Shown here piece after piece: positions 14,125 through 26,756 of a stretch of DNA of 64,000 bases. The notes below the pieces were generated by a model. The model did not search any database. It saw nothing but the letters and a program-made list of their open reading frames with translations, and was not told the DNA's origin. The position numbers were made by a program, and so were the translations under genes. Source of the stretch: the human T2T-CHM13v2.0 reference genome, Homo sapiens; assembly GCF_009914755.1 (NCBI RefSeq), contig NC_060936.1; one strand, written 5' to 3'. The stretch's first letter is position 1; each line of letters begins with the position of its first letter.

Positions 14125-14446
14125 GCACTGATTTCATATTGTTCAAACACACGTTTTACAATCCATTTGTACAATAGTGATGCTGAGGTGACGTACATTC
14201 TCAGCTTATGAAGATAACAGGATTAAGAGATTAAAGTAAAGACAGGCATAAGAAATTATAAGAGTATTATTAGGGAAGTGATAAGTGTTCACAATTTATG
14301 TTCAGAGATTGCAGTAAACACAGGCGTAAGAAATTACAAAAGTATTAATTTTGGGAACTGATAAATGTCCATGAAATCTTCACAATTTATGTTCTGCCTC
14401 GGCTCCAGCTGGTCCCTCCATTCTGGGTTCCTTACTTCCCGCAACA
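14125..14446 (-). mobile_element. Partial MER11 (HML-8) LTR, 5' portion only
   Basis: Minus strand begins tgttgcgggaagtaaggaacccagaatggagggaccagctggagcc and carries the MER11-type internal repeat (ttcacaatttatgttc twice; gtaaagacaggcataagaaatt / gtaaacacaggcgtaagaaatt). Confidence 0.8.
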
Positions 14447-17400
14447 TTAACCAAAGAAAATTTCCTTATTTTAATCTTATAATTTCTTCCATAACGAAAT
14501 ACCTTGGAACCCACATGCAGATTTGTATTTCTGCAGCCATCTTTAGTTTGTCAAATATCAATACATACATAATAATAAATGTTATATAATGTAACCAATA
14601 AGTTGCTACCCATTACATGATTAAAATCATATTAATAAAAGTCATACTGAGAAGTTTGGAACCTGGGTTTTTAAACAGGAAGGCTAAATTCTTACAAGTG
14701 TGAGAAATTAGACATTTTTATGCTAGGTACATCCAGGTGTCATCCTGGCTTTACATCTGCTTTTGAGAAATAGGGAAATGGTAAACAGTCATATTTCTTT
14801 GAAAAACAGAAACAGAACAAAAAAAGTGCTGAAGCTGCAGAACTGATGACTTTTTAAAGATTTAGATGTAGAACACAATTAAGCTGGGTGATATTTATCA
14901 AAGTGCTCTATGTCTGCATCTCAGAATCCCTTATATCTGTTCCAAAGTAAATCTTTCTAAAGAATAAAAACTTTTGTCCATTCAACCATAATTTTTGTCA
15001 CAATATCCAATTTTACTAGTACTTTATGGTTTCACTACTATTTCCTATATGGTATTTTATTTCATTCCTATAACCTGATGAATTTAATATTATTATTATA
15101 TATACATAATAAAAAACAAAGATTAGAAATATCAGTTGATTTTCCCAAGGTCATGTAGCCAGTAAGTGAAGAGGTCAAACTTCTGACACCAAAGCCACAA
15201 CTCAAAAACATAGTGCCTGTCTTGTTTACAGAGTTATACTTGGGTATACAAAAGTGAAGCGTGAATCACAGTCTTTGAAATGTAAGAAGGTGAAATATTT
15301 TAGGGGACAAAAGGAAGAAAATATGAACACATAGAGTCTTTAAATATTGTTTAAACTTTATGAAGTAGTGTCTAATACCAAATTGTATATGCAAGAAAGA
15401 GATGCTTTATGCATTTAGAGAAAAAGATTATGTATGTTGAAATGTTCAGGCAAATATTCACGATGAAAGTAGGACCTGTATTCAAACTTGAAAGCTGGTT
15501 AAGATTTTGAGAGATGTGAGAAACAGGAGTCAAGGCAACATTTTAATTGTGTCTCACCTAATTCTTGGAGAATAAAGACACTAGTCCATGTCAGTATCCC
15601 AGATATTTCAGGGACTTATACTAAGTAAGATCTGAAACTACATAAAAAGTAATTTGAACTTTTATGGCAGTTTTAAGCTGACAGTAAGTTTATGTAAGGT
15701 GCTAGTCAATAAATAAATATATTGTCCACAACTGAAATAATGATCTGATATTGATGCCTACTTTAAGTAATATATAAAATGGTAAATTAAAGTCCATAAT
15801 TCTCAAGACCCTCTTTTAGGTTGTTTTGGATTTTGTTGTTATTTTATTTTTTATTACTAACAGAAGCTCTTTTCCATGGCCAGCTCTGACTTTAATTTCT
15901 TCTTTTATCTAACTTAGACTCTAAGTATTCATACTTTCCCTGATCACATCTCATTCCTCTTCCACTTACAAAAGGAGAGACCCAGAGCTTTGTGAATAAA
16001 TTACTCATGAAAAGTGGCACTTTGAAGGCAGAAAGGGATGAGTCTTTCACAAATCACAGGTCAAAATGTTGAACATGGAAGGAAGTCAGTACAAAAAGCC
16101 TATGGACATACTGGCAGCACTGAGAATGCCTTTCTTCCCCATTCTTTCATTATAAATTTTAGGTTTTCACATTATAATACCTTTAAATAGTTTAAGTTCT
16201 GAACCCTCTGGCCTACATAAATTTGCATAGCTGGATTAATCTCATAGAGTTTAAGTACTTAACCTAAATTTAATCTAGCATTAGAGTGAAATAATTATGT
16301 CAAAATACCTGTCTTGCAAATGTAATCAATTTAAAATAATATATCTTTGCGTTTTTATATGAAGATTTAATTTCAGCTGAAATGACTGGCTAATATCAAT
16401 ATTACAAATGGCATAACCAAACTGTTAAATTGACTCACAGTCTAAAAAGTAAGTATGGAAGGCAAATTTCCGCTATTAAACTAATAAGCAAGGAGCACCA
16501 CTTGTAGTGCAATGCATTTTTATTTTAGGACTTCTGAATAATAGAGCAACATTAACTGGGACAATAAAGAATAAAGCATCGTGAAGTGTGGCAAAATGAA
16601 TTCATCAAAAATGTATGAACTACTAAAAAAGTTTAAACTGTACATAAACACATAGGTCTTGGACGATTCATAGAAAAGTAGTAATCCAGATAACATTATT
16701 GTATTAGCAAAAAGCCTGGACTTTGTGTGATATGAGCAAGATTTTGAACTTGAGCTAAAAAGCACATCTATTTGAAAAAGAGGATCTTAATCATCAAAGC
16801 AAGGCAGCCTAGGACAGAGATAAAATGGAAAATAATGTTTATTTAAACATTACAAATGTATCAGGAACTCTGTTAAATTACTCTGTTAACTAAATGTTAA
16901 ATAACTCTGTTATTGAATTCAACAAATTGACCTAAGTTATAGAGGAACCCCAAGATTTGTCTTGCCAGTGGTATTACAACATATTAAAAAACCATAGTGT
17001 ATTCAGATTTCTGACTTTCACAAAGTAAATCCTTTGCTGTGCTATAGTCATAACATACATCTCATTCATTAACTGGGACAGAAACGTTAGTAAAATGCAT
17101 CTATTTAAAGGTTAATATTTTATTTACTATAGCACCATAAACACTAATGCCCAGAAATATGAGTTTACTTTGTTGTAACTTATTACAGAAACTAAATGCA
17201 GGTACTGTTGTCTTAATCCAGCCCAGCCATATATACAGAAATCTACTAAAAGCATATGAGAAATATAAAAAAAAAAATTAAAATGCTCCAGATTTGATTC
17301 TCAATTATGTTACTCTTAAGTTTTAGGAGCCAATAGAAAATACATTACTATTTTAAATTGTATTAATATTTAATAAATTTAATAACAAAAAGCAAAATGG

Positions 17401-19821
17401 TGAGGCAAGATCATTATTGATGACATTATTATCATGTTAGGGACATGATAAGCAAGTAGTGGTCAGAATAATCAACCTTCATGAAATTTTCCTACATTTT
17501 ATTTTAGGAGTAATTTGCAAATAACAAAATAAGCTAAGATTGGGAATTTATTTTACAAATCCTGAAAATAACCTGGGCGTAGTATAAATTTAATCAATAC
17601 AATTCACTTAAGTATTTAATTAATCTCTAATGCATCTCATGTAAATAATGGCTATTCAGACTGATAAACCTGCCATACTGCAAGTGTTGAATAACTCACA
17701 AAAGAGAGAAAATACTTAGATTTATCATACTCTAGTTTGAATATACCATTTATTAAGTTTTGTTTGTTCTCCCTAGGTCTAGCATTAAGATATTCAATCT
17801 AATAAACTTAAAAGTTTTTCACAATGAAAGAGGGAGGATATTCTATTAACTAACATCAGAATGCTCACATTGCGGGGGACAATCACACCAAATTATGGTA
17901 ACTGCCATAAATATTCACTTTTAAGATATAATTTGACATCTGTAGTAATAATGGTAATCAGAAACTCAACTGCCATTACTTGGTATCAACTTTATACTTG
18001 CAATATACTAAATGTCTCACTTCTTTTCACATTTTCTTCCCAGGACAAGTGAGTTTGAGAAACTTAGCTGAAATCACATATTTTTCAAATAGTAAAACTT
18101 TGGTTTGTCTGTCCCGTCAAGTATCTAGTCACTGCATTCTACTTAAAACACACTAGGAAACACACTGTATTACTTTAAGATTAAATTAATTCTTTATTCT
18201 GATATTAACTCCTTATTAGCAAGAAATTCACTAAATTTTGAAATTGTTTTTCACCTTCCCTACCTCTGAACCTACAAGCTGGCCCCTTTTTCTCTTTTGA
18301 AGCTGTGGGAAGATAAGGATAAAGGCATATTTGCAAGTTTTTGGCAGCATTAATTGCAGTGTCTGAAGCAAATTCACATTTTGCAGCCTTGAAAAATGAA
18401 AGATGCAGTGAGGGGGCGAAGATGGAGGACAACTGAGAATTTCTTTCTGCTTTATACCACTTACTGTATGTTGATTTCTAGTAATTAACCTTGAGCAAAA
18501 TCTCATATTTCAATTTTTTAATTTTTAGACTAAAATTTGATACAGGTTTAATATATTTTTGTGTAATTTCTGTAGCCTTTTTCCCCATGATTTCTCAGAA
18601 TTACTTATAATTGCCCTATTTTATTTTTATATGTCCAAAAAGGCATGGTTATCAAGGGTAATTATTATATTAATAAAAAGTAATAGATCATTTATTTGCA
18701 AATTGTTTTATAATATTAAAACATTTTTACTTAAATTATTATGCTGTTCCATTTTCAGAATAATTCTTTGAGATAGAGATAAATTACTATTTCTGTTATT
18801 GCATGGGGATAATTGGGACAAACTATACTACATCAGCCAAAGGGAGGAAGAATAATAATTTTCTTTCTTTTTCTTTGTCTCCATTGATTTGTTAACCATT
18901 GGTGAAACATCAACAAACTTTACAAATAATACATGAGCATAAAGCAAATGAAACTGTATTGAAGATTGATGCATAAATGACCCACACAAAAACCAATAAA
19001 ATCAAAGATAAATGAATCACAATTCTTGCAAAGTTTATTTTTTAGAATGCTTTAACTGTGTATCAATTACTCTAATATCATGATTTCAATAAATAATGTG
19101 GCATTCTTAGGGAAAAGGAACACATTACAAATCAATGCAAAACAATGATTTAGCCACAAGAGTTTAACAGCAACAGCAAGCTTTGTTTTTCTCCCCTCTG
19201 GGAGACATTTCTGAAACAGATTTTTTTCAGAAGCTCTGCAAACAAAGCTTTGCATGTATCATCACATTGTCATTTCTCTCCTTCTGGCTATCTTTATTCA
19301 TAAACCTCAAATATTATTGAATTTGTTTATTTGCTATGTGGTTGGAATTACTCTTAACTAGAAACTGGGGATTTCGAATCCTCTTAAGCCAAATTATTTT
19401 CCTTCTCAACTATGCACTAATGCTCTCATGATTTCTTGTTGATAATATAACATGTTCTTTAATCAGCACTTTCACTAATACAGTAGGACTTACATGGTTT
19501 CAGACTTCTCCTGCCTTGCTTGTACTTTCCCCCAGGTATGAATTATAAGGGACATCAATGTGTGACACAGAGTGGAAAATTAGACCAGCTCACATCACCT
19601 TATTTCAAATTCTTACTTTATTTCCCTATTGAGAAAAATTTCACCTTACATATACTATAGAATTCACTAACGGTATATTTGCATCAGGATTAGAGGTACT
19701 TAGAGCATCAGATCTACTTCTAAGTCCATTTCCATTTCAAAATCATGTTTACTTACTGTTTATATCAGACATAGCCTACATTTTGGCTTTACATAGGGGG
19801 AAGGGAAAAGATGAGGGTGGC

Positions 19822-20719
19822 TGTAGGGAGACCCCCTGAAACTACTGCTACAGAATAAAAGATGAAATGCTCCTGATTATTGTAAATACAAAGTTGCATG
19901 CAGGATTGTGTAAAGACAATGCTAGGTTGGACTGCCAGAACGAGCCAACAGCGCGTGATGTGCTTCCCCCTGCAGAGAGCCTATGAATGGACGTGCAGTC
20001 AGGGAGGTTTCACATCACCAAGATTCCTATCCCAGAAAAGCACATGTTCATAGCTCTGGGAATGGAATGCGACCCTTGTGGAGAGCCTATAAATAGACGC
20101 ATGGGGGGGCACCTGTCCATATGGATAAGATAGGGCTATAAACGCCCTCATCTTGCCACGGCTCTTCCAGGCCTCTTTAGGGTTAAGGCATACTCCCTTC
20201 TGAGAATTTCTGGTCTAACCGGTTGTCTAGCTTCACGTCCTGTTTCCATGGATTGTTTGTAACCAACTTTTGTGGCAATTGTTACTGCTGATTAATATCT
20301 TGCTAATCATAGGTTATGGAAAGATTGTGTTTCTGTTTTAAGGCTCTGTTAGAAATTACTGATGCACACACTATATTGTAAATTCTTATCTCTGTATACT
20401 GTACTTCTACATACAAATGTACTATACTTCTACATACAAATGTTATGTTAAAGAATTACTTCATCCCCAAGTGACCATCTCACCTCATAATCAAATGACC
20501 CTAAATCCCTCACTAACCTACGCCCGCCCTCGCTAAACTTAATAATAAATGCTGGTATATCCAGTGCATTGTTGGCACTGCGGGACCAGAAGGTGGTGAC
20601 CCCCCTGGACCCAGCTTTCACTATCATGTGTGTGTCTATTATTTCTCAACCTGCCGATCCACCTAGGAAAAAAGAGAGAGCCCCGTTGCATTGCGGGCTG
20701 CTGGCCAGATCCCACAATA
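19822..20719 (+). mobile_element. Solo LTR of a HERV-K (HML) family, MER11D-like
   Basis: 898 bp starting tgtagggagaccccctgaaac. Exact 6-bp TSD GGTGGC at 19816-19821 and 20720-20725 (betaretroviral TSD length). TATA-like ctataaa and AATAAA (~20544) on the + strand. Confidence 0.82.
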
Positions 20720-23069
20720 GGTGGCTAACACAGTTTTAACTCCATTCACAAAAACTGATTTTTAGTAAATAAAGGCTTTTAAAAAAAATTTGAGCTAGCA
20801 TAACCTGAAAATTTTAAAAATATTATACGTACATATTTTTCTATATATTGTAATGAATTTGGTTTTATAATATGATGATATATTGGGATCTCTACACTTT
20901 ATTACATATAGAAATACTTGTATATGGAATGTGGGGAATTTTAAGTTAAGTTTCAAACAGAGACAATACTAATGAATTTAAAATACATCTATTTATTAAG
21001 AGATTAACTTAATTATTATTATTTATGATTATTTAGCATGAAGAAAATTAAGGCAAAACCAGAAATATATTAGCCTTTAAGTATAAGAGCTATTGCCCAA
21101 ATGCAAGTAAGAGGTTTTTTAAATGAATATGAGACATAAAATACAAAGTATTCAAAACTTTTATTTCATTAAAATTATACTCTATAATTAAGTTCCATAT
21201 TTCAAATACTATTACTATTAGCTTTATCATATGGCTCATCATATTATTTATTTTTACTCTAAAAGACTTTTAGACCCTTCCTAATATCAAATTAATTCCA
21301 AGAGGTAAAAATAATATCACTGATGCTATTTAAAAGTGATAGCCTTAGTCTCTCCCCTTTATGGTCCTTATTGTTCTTTTATTAGGTTATTTAAAAAAAA
21401 TTATCTGAGATACTTCAATACTTCTGCTATAATCTTATTACAGTTCTATTTACCAACCTGATGAAGTCTAAATTCATTCCTCATCTGGTTTCAGATTGAA
21501 TTTTAGCTTAAATTTAAATATTTCCTACTCACTTGGAGTCCATCCATATCAACTTACTCTTTACATGTACAAACTTATGTGTTTATTTATTTCTGCTATG
21601 TTGTACATGGTATTTCCTTAATTTGAGATGTCTTATATACAATATCTTTAGCCTCAATAGTGTATACCAATCTTTTTGGAATAAATCATGCTTTTACCCT
21701 CTATATAGTCTTCCTTTTAATCTTTTACTTTGTAATTAGTAATGCTAGCTCCTGTTGGTCTGCCACATCTATCAAGCCCAGGACACAATCTGAATTTTGC
21801 CGTTCACTTTAGTATTTTAATGTTTGGTTCTTCATATTAAAATTATTATCCTGATCTCACACAGATAATTGATTTCCCCAGAATCAACGAATAGGGTTGG
21901 TGGCATCAAGTCTAGGATGTTAGTTCAACTATGGAACTATTTATAATCACTGCATCATTTTGAAACTGAACATTAGGCCCTCTTTCTACCTGATCATAGC
22001 TATATAATAATTCTTGTCATTTCTTTCTGCTTTTGTTACATTCCTTACATTTTCTGTAACTCTCTATGTTGACCCCTCTCTACTCACAACACAGAAATAA
22101 ATATTATGCTTTATAGAAATACTATGTAGACTTCATAAAAGAAACAGAGCACTGTATATAGCTACCTAATCTGTCTTTTTACTTATATTGGATAATCAAG
22201 CATGAGGCTGTGTCCCCCACAATGTAGGCGCTCAACAAATGTTTGTTGAACAACGAATAAATAAATAACAAACATTTCAATTTTTGACATGCTAAGTTAG
22301 AATTAACAAAACCATACTATTTGCACTGAATTTTTTTGGTGTTTTATTTTCTAGAGCATTCTAGGTTATATCCAGTTAATTTAAATAGAATGTGATAATT
22401 ATCAAGGAAAGTCTAAAAAATGTAGAAAGAAATATATTCCTGCTTTGCCTTCAAGAAGGCTTAACTACTTCTTCAGGAGACTATCTCTAATAACGTTAAT
22501 TCTCTGTTTTAAGTCACAGGTTCCTGAGAACAATTACTATATGCAGAATGAAAATAGCTCATGCCATTCAGGTCAAAAATGACTCATATCAAATGTCAAA
22601 GGTCAAGAAATTGAAAATATAAGCTGCTATTTTCTAGAATAACCCTCTACAAGAGGACATTTAAGCCTAGCAGTGCTGCCTAGAACTGAATGAATCCATA
22701 ACATTAATGAACATTGTTTCTAAACACAATTTCAAAAAAAGTATTCAAACATTTCTTTTCACCAAGGGAGACACCTTCAGAATGAAATTTCTGTGATATG
22801 CCTGAAGTAAATCAATCTCTGTGCCATGAAATTTTCCAAAATATTTGTTAAAAGTAACAATCATCTTACTTAATCCTTCAAGCTTGTTAATTACTACAAC
22901 ACTTAGCAGAATGAGAAAGACTGGTATAAAAAGATTGAGATGTACTATATTCTTTATTCAGTTCAAAAATAGTTTTTCATCGCATCTACTCGATATTAGT
23001 CCTGGAAAACTCCGCGATTTATAGAAAATGCATCTTTTTATTTATTAAGATAGGAAAAAAAGGACTTCT

Positions 23070-23925
23070 ATTTTAATCAGTTTGGACTTCTATAACGAAT
23101 TACCATACACTGGGTTATTTAAATAAGAGAAATTTATTTCTCATAGTTCTGGAGTCTGTAAAATCAAAGATCAAGGTACTGGTATATCCAGTGTCCAGTG
23201 AAGGCAGGACTATTTCCATGGTTGGTAGATGTCCACTTTCTTGTATCCTCACATGGCAGAGAGCAGAGAAAGCGGAAGAAAACTCTCTCCTGTCTGTTTT
23301 TATAAGGGTGCTACTTCCATCATGAGGGCTCTTGTGACCTAATTACCTCCCACAGACCCCATCTCCAAATACTATAACATTGGTAATTAGAGTTTCAACA
23401 TACGAATTTTAGAAGAATACATTTAGTCCATACGCTCCACCCCTAGCCTCCCCGAATTCATATTCTTCTCACATGCCAAATGCATTGATTCTATCCCAAC
23501 ATTCCCCAAAGTCTTCAGTTATTTCAGCATCAACTCTAAAATTAAAAGTCCAAAGTCTCAGCTAAATATTATCTAAATCAGGGACAAATGAGACTTGTGG
23601 TAAAATTCATCCTGCAGTAAAATTGCTCTCCAGCTGTGAAGCTGTGAAACAAAGTAATGTGCTTCAGAAGTACAATGGTGGGAGAGGCATAGGATAGACA
23701 TTTCCATTCCAAAAGAGACAAATAGGAAGGAAAGAAGAGGTGAGAGCTCCCAAACAAACTCAAAACTTAGCAAGGCAAAGTCCATGATATCCTAAGCCTC
23801 AAGAATAATCCTCTTTGCTTTAATGGCTCTGCTTTCCAGACCCCCTGGGGTGGCACCTTCACTTCCACAACCTGACATAATGCTGTCCATGCCAGGTTCC
23901 CCAGAAACAAACATTCAGTCCATAG
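23070..23925 (-). mobile_element. MLT1A-like MaLR LTR (~23070-23432) plus internal fragment
   Basis: MLT1A-type motifs aaatttatttctcatagttctggag, cctcacatggcaga, taattacctccca, ttcaacatacgaatttt, followed by MLT1-int-like sequence. Confidence 0.7.
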
Positions 23926-24057
23926 AAATTTGTGCTTGAAAGTTTTTCATCACTAATATATATTAGCAGGCATCTTTGTATCCGTTAGGTAAAGAGTAGC
24001 TCATTTTGGAATTAGAGAATTGGAAAAACAAAGCCAAGTGAATCAGGGTACATGCAT

Positions 24058-24058
<1 letters not shown>

Positions 24059-24098
<40 letters not shown>
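24059..24098. repeat. (TG)n microsatellite
   Basis: About 20 uninterrupted GT/TG units. Confidence 0.97.
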
Positions 24099-24102
<4 letters not shown>

Positions 24103-24155
24103 AAGAAGGCATACAGTTTAAGGAAGACAACATTAAAATTTTAGGACATAGAAAC

Positions 24156-24593
24156 CAATGGAGGAGACCACCCCTCATATTGTCTTATACCCAATTTCTG
24201 TCTCCAAAGAAAGAAGTAAAAACTAAAAGGCAGAAATGAAATCCACAAGCAGGCAGCCCGGCGCCACATCCTGGGCCTGGTAGTTAAAGATTGACCAGGA
24301 CCTAATCAGTTATTTGCATAAGAAAAGCACTGTGAAGATCCCTGTCCTGTTCCATTCTAATTACCAGTGCATGCAGCCCCCAGTCATGTACCTACCCCCT
24401 GTTGCACAATCGATCACGACCCTCTCACACAGACCCCCTTAGAGTTGTGAACCCTTAAAAGGGACAGGAGTTGCTCACTCAGGGAGCTCGGTTGTTGAAG
24501 ACATGAGTCTTGCTAAAGTTCCTGGCTGAATAAAGCCCTTCCTTCTTTAACACGGTGTCTGAGGGGTTCTTGTCTGCAGCTTGTCCTGCTGCA
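24156..24593 (+). mobile_element. HERV-E 5' LTR (LTR2 family)
   Basis: ggaggagaccacccctcatattgtcttat...gaataaagcccttcc...gtcctgctgca; direct repeat of 32435-32867. Confidence 0.93.
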
Positions 24594-24598
24594 TTTCT

Positions 24599-24616
24599 TG
24601 GTTCCCTGACCAGGAA
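24599..24616 (+). promoter_or_regulatory. Primer binding site complementary to the tRNA-Glu 3' end
   Basis: TGGTTCCCTGACCAGGAA, 5 nt after the LTR; one mismatch from TGGTTCCCTGACCGGGAA. Confidence 0.88.
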
Positions 24617-24862
24617 GCGAGGTGATTAACAGATGGTAGAGGCAGCCCCTTAGGTGACTTAGGCCTGCCCTGTGGAGCAACCCCAAGGGGGACTCCACCA
24701 GCTTGAGCAACGCAGGACGCGGATCCTGAGAGCGCTCCCGGGTGGGCAATTGCCCCGGTGGAACGCCTCACCAAAGCAGCGCTTGACAGGCCCCCGTGGA
24801 GGATCAACGCAGTGGCTGAACACCGTGAAGGAACTGGCACTTGGAGTCTGGACATCTGAAAC

Positions 24863-24871
24863 TTGGTAAGA
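24863..24871 (+). promoter_or_regulatory. Probable HERV-E major splice donor
   Basis: TTG|GTAAGA in the leader, upstream of gag. Confidence 0.65.
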
Positions 24872-25148
24872 CTAGTCTTTGGAACTTGCCTACTCCATTT
24901 GAGCAGAAGCGTGGCCTGATCACTCATGGCATGTCCGTACCAACACTTTGTTTTTTTGTTTTTGACTTGATTTGGATTGCTTGATACTTTGGTTTTAGTT
25001 TTGACCTGGCTTGGACTTCTTGATACTCTGATTTCGGTTCTGATTCTGATTTGGTGTAAACTGAAAAAGTGTGTGTATGCCCTTTTTACCTGTTCTTTGT
25101 TTTGTGGTGTATGTGTGGTGTGAGCATGGTGTTTTGTCTTGAGAAAAC

Positions 25149-26756
25149 ATGGGTCAGGCACAAAGTAAGCCCATCCCACTAGGAACTATGTTGAAAAATT
25201 TCAAAAAGGGATTTAAGGGAGACTATGGAGTTACTATGACACCTGGAAAACTTAGAACTTTGTGTGAGATAGACTGGCCAGCATTAAAGGTGGGTTGGCC
25301 ATCAGAAGGAAGCCTGGACAGGTCCCTTGTCTTGAAGGTATGGCACAGGGTAACCTGTAAGCCAGGGCACCCAGATCAGTTTCCGTATATAGATTCTTGG
25401 TTACAGCTAGTTTTGGACCCCCACAGTGGTTAAGAAGACAGGCAGCAACAGTACTAGTAGCAAAGAGACAGTTAGTTAAGGAAGGTTCGTGCTCCACCCA
25501 CCGAGGGAAGTCAGCACCAAAAAGTCCTGTCCAACCCAACACCAGAAGAATCATGGCAGGAATTGGTACCAGCAGCACCCCCCCCGCCTATCGAGAGGAA
25601 GGACTCCCAACTCCTGAGCCCACAGCACCTACATCTCCACCAGATAGCAACGCTCCTAGACCACCCAGAGTAGACAAAAGAGGAAGTGAAGCCGCAGGAG
25701 AAACTCCTCCCTTGGCAGCTTGCTTACGGCCCAAGACTGGAATCCAAATGCCCCTGAGAGAGCAGCGATATACTGGGGTAGATGAGGATGGACACCTGGT
25801 GGAAAGGCGTGCCTTTGTGTATCAACCTTTCACCTCTGCTGAACTCCTCAAATGGAAAAATAATACTCCATCTTACACCGAAAAGCTTCAAGCTTTAATT
25901 GACTTGCTCCAAACTATTATACAGACTCATAATCCTACTTGCCCCCAAGTAGGATTGCCACCAGCTGCTCATGTACCTCTTTAATACAGATGAAAGGCGA
26001 AGGGTGCTCCCGGCAGCAACTAAGTGGCTAGAGGAGCACGTCCCAGCCAATTACCAAAATCCCCAAGAATATATAAGAATTCAGCTGCCAGGAACAGACC
26101 CCCAATGGGACCCGAATGAGGGACCAGACATGGAGAGGCTAAGACGGTAACGTGAGGCATTAATAGAAGGTCTAAAGAAAGGGGCTCAAAAGGCTACAAA
26201 TGTAAATAAGGTTTCTGAGGTCATCCAAGGAAAAGAGGAGAGTCCAGCACAATTCTATGTAAGACTGTGTGAGGCTTACGGTATGTACACTCCTTTTGAT
26301 CCAGATAGCCCTGAAAATCAGCGCATGATTAACATGGCTTTAGTTAGTCAAAGTGCAGAAGATATCAGGAGAAAATTGCAGAAACAGGCTGGGTTTGCGG
26401 GTATGAATACCTCACAGTCACTGGAAATAGCCAATCAAGTGTTTGTAAATAGAGATGCAACAAGCCGCAGAGAAAGCCGTAAGGAAGGCGAACTCCAGGC
26501 CAGGTGAAACGCCAACTTACTGGCCACGGCTGTTAGGGGAATTCCCCTGAAAGGAGAGGGAAAGGGGGGTTCCGGGAAGAATACCCAGTCTAATCGCCCA
26601 CGCTTGCAATGTAACCAATGTGCCTATTGTAAGGAAATAGGATATTGGAAAGATAAGTGTCCCCAACTGAAGGAAAAGCAAGGCGATTCGGAACAAAAGA
26701 CCTCAGATAAAGATGATGGAGCTTTGTTCAATCTGGTTGAAGGGCTATTGGACTGA
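25149..26756 (+). pseudogene. gag: HERV-E gag, disrupted
   Basis: MGQAQS myristoylation start; MA (CEIDWP..GWP.EGS); CA (YQPFTSAELLKWKNNTPSY; VSQSAEDIRRKLQ); zinc knuckle CAYCKEIGYWKDKC with His replaced by Tyr. Frameshifts and premature stops (e.g. TAA 26148); terminal TGA 26754-26756. Confidence 0.92.

Noticed and set aside
10000-19800. Possible exons of a host gene in the AT-rich unique stretch
   Set aside because: No coding-like ORFs or recognisable homology. Conserved non-coding elements or lncRNA exons cannot be assessed without alignments.
24547-25179. 210-aa antisense ORF over the HERV-E leader
   Set aside because: Low-complexity translation of the T/G-rich leader repeats, with no recognisable domain.
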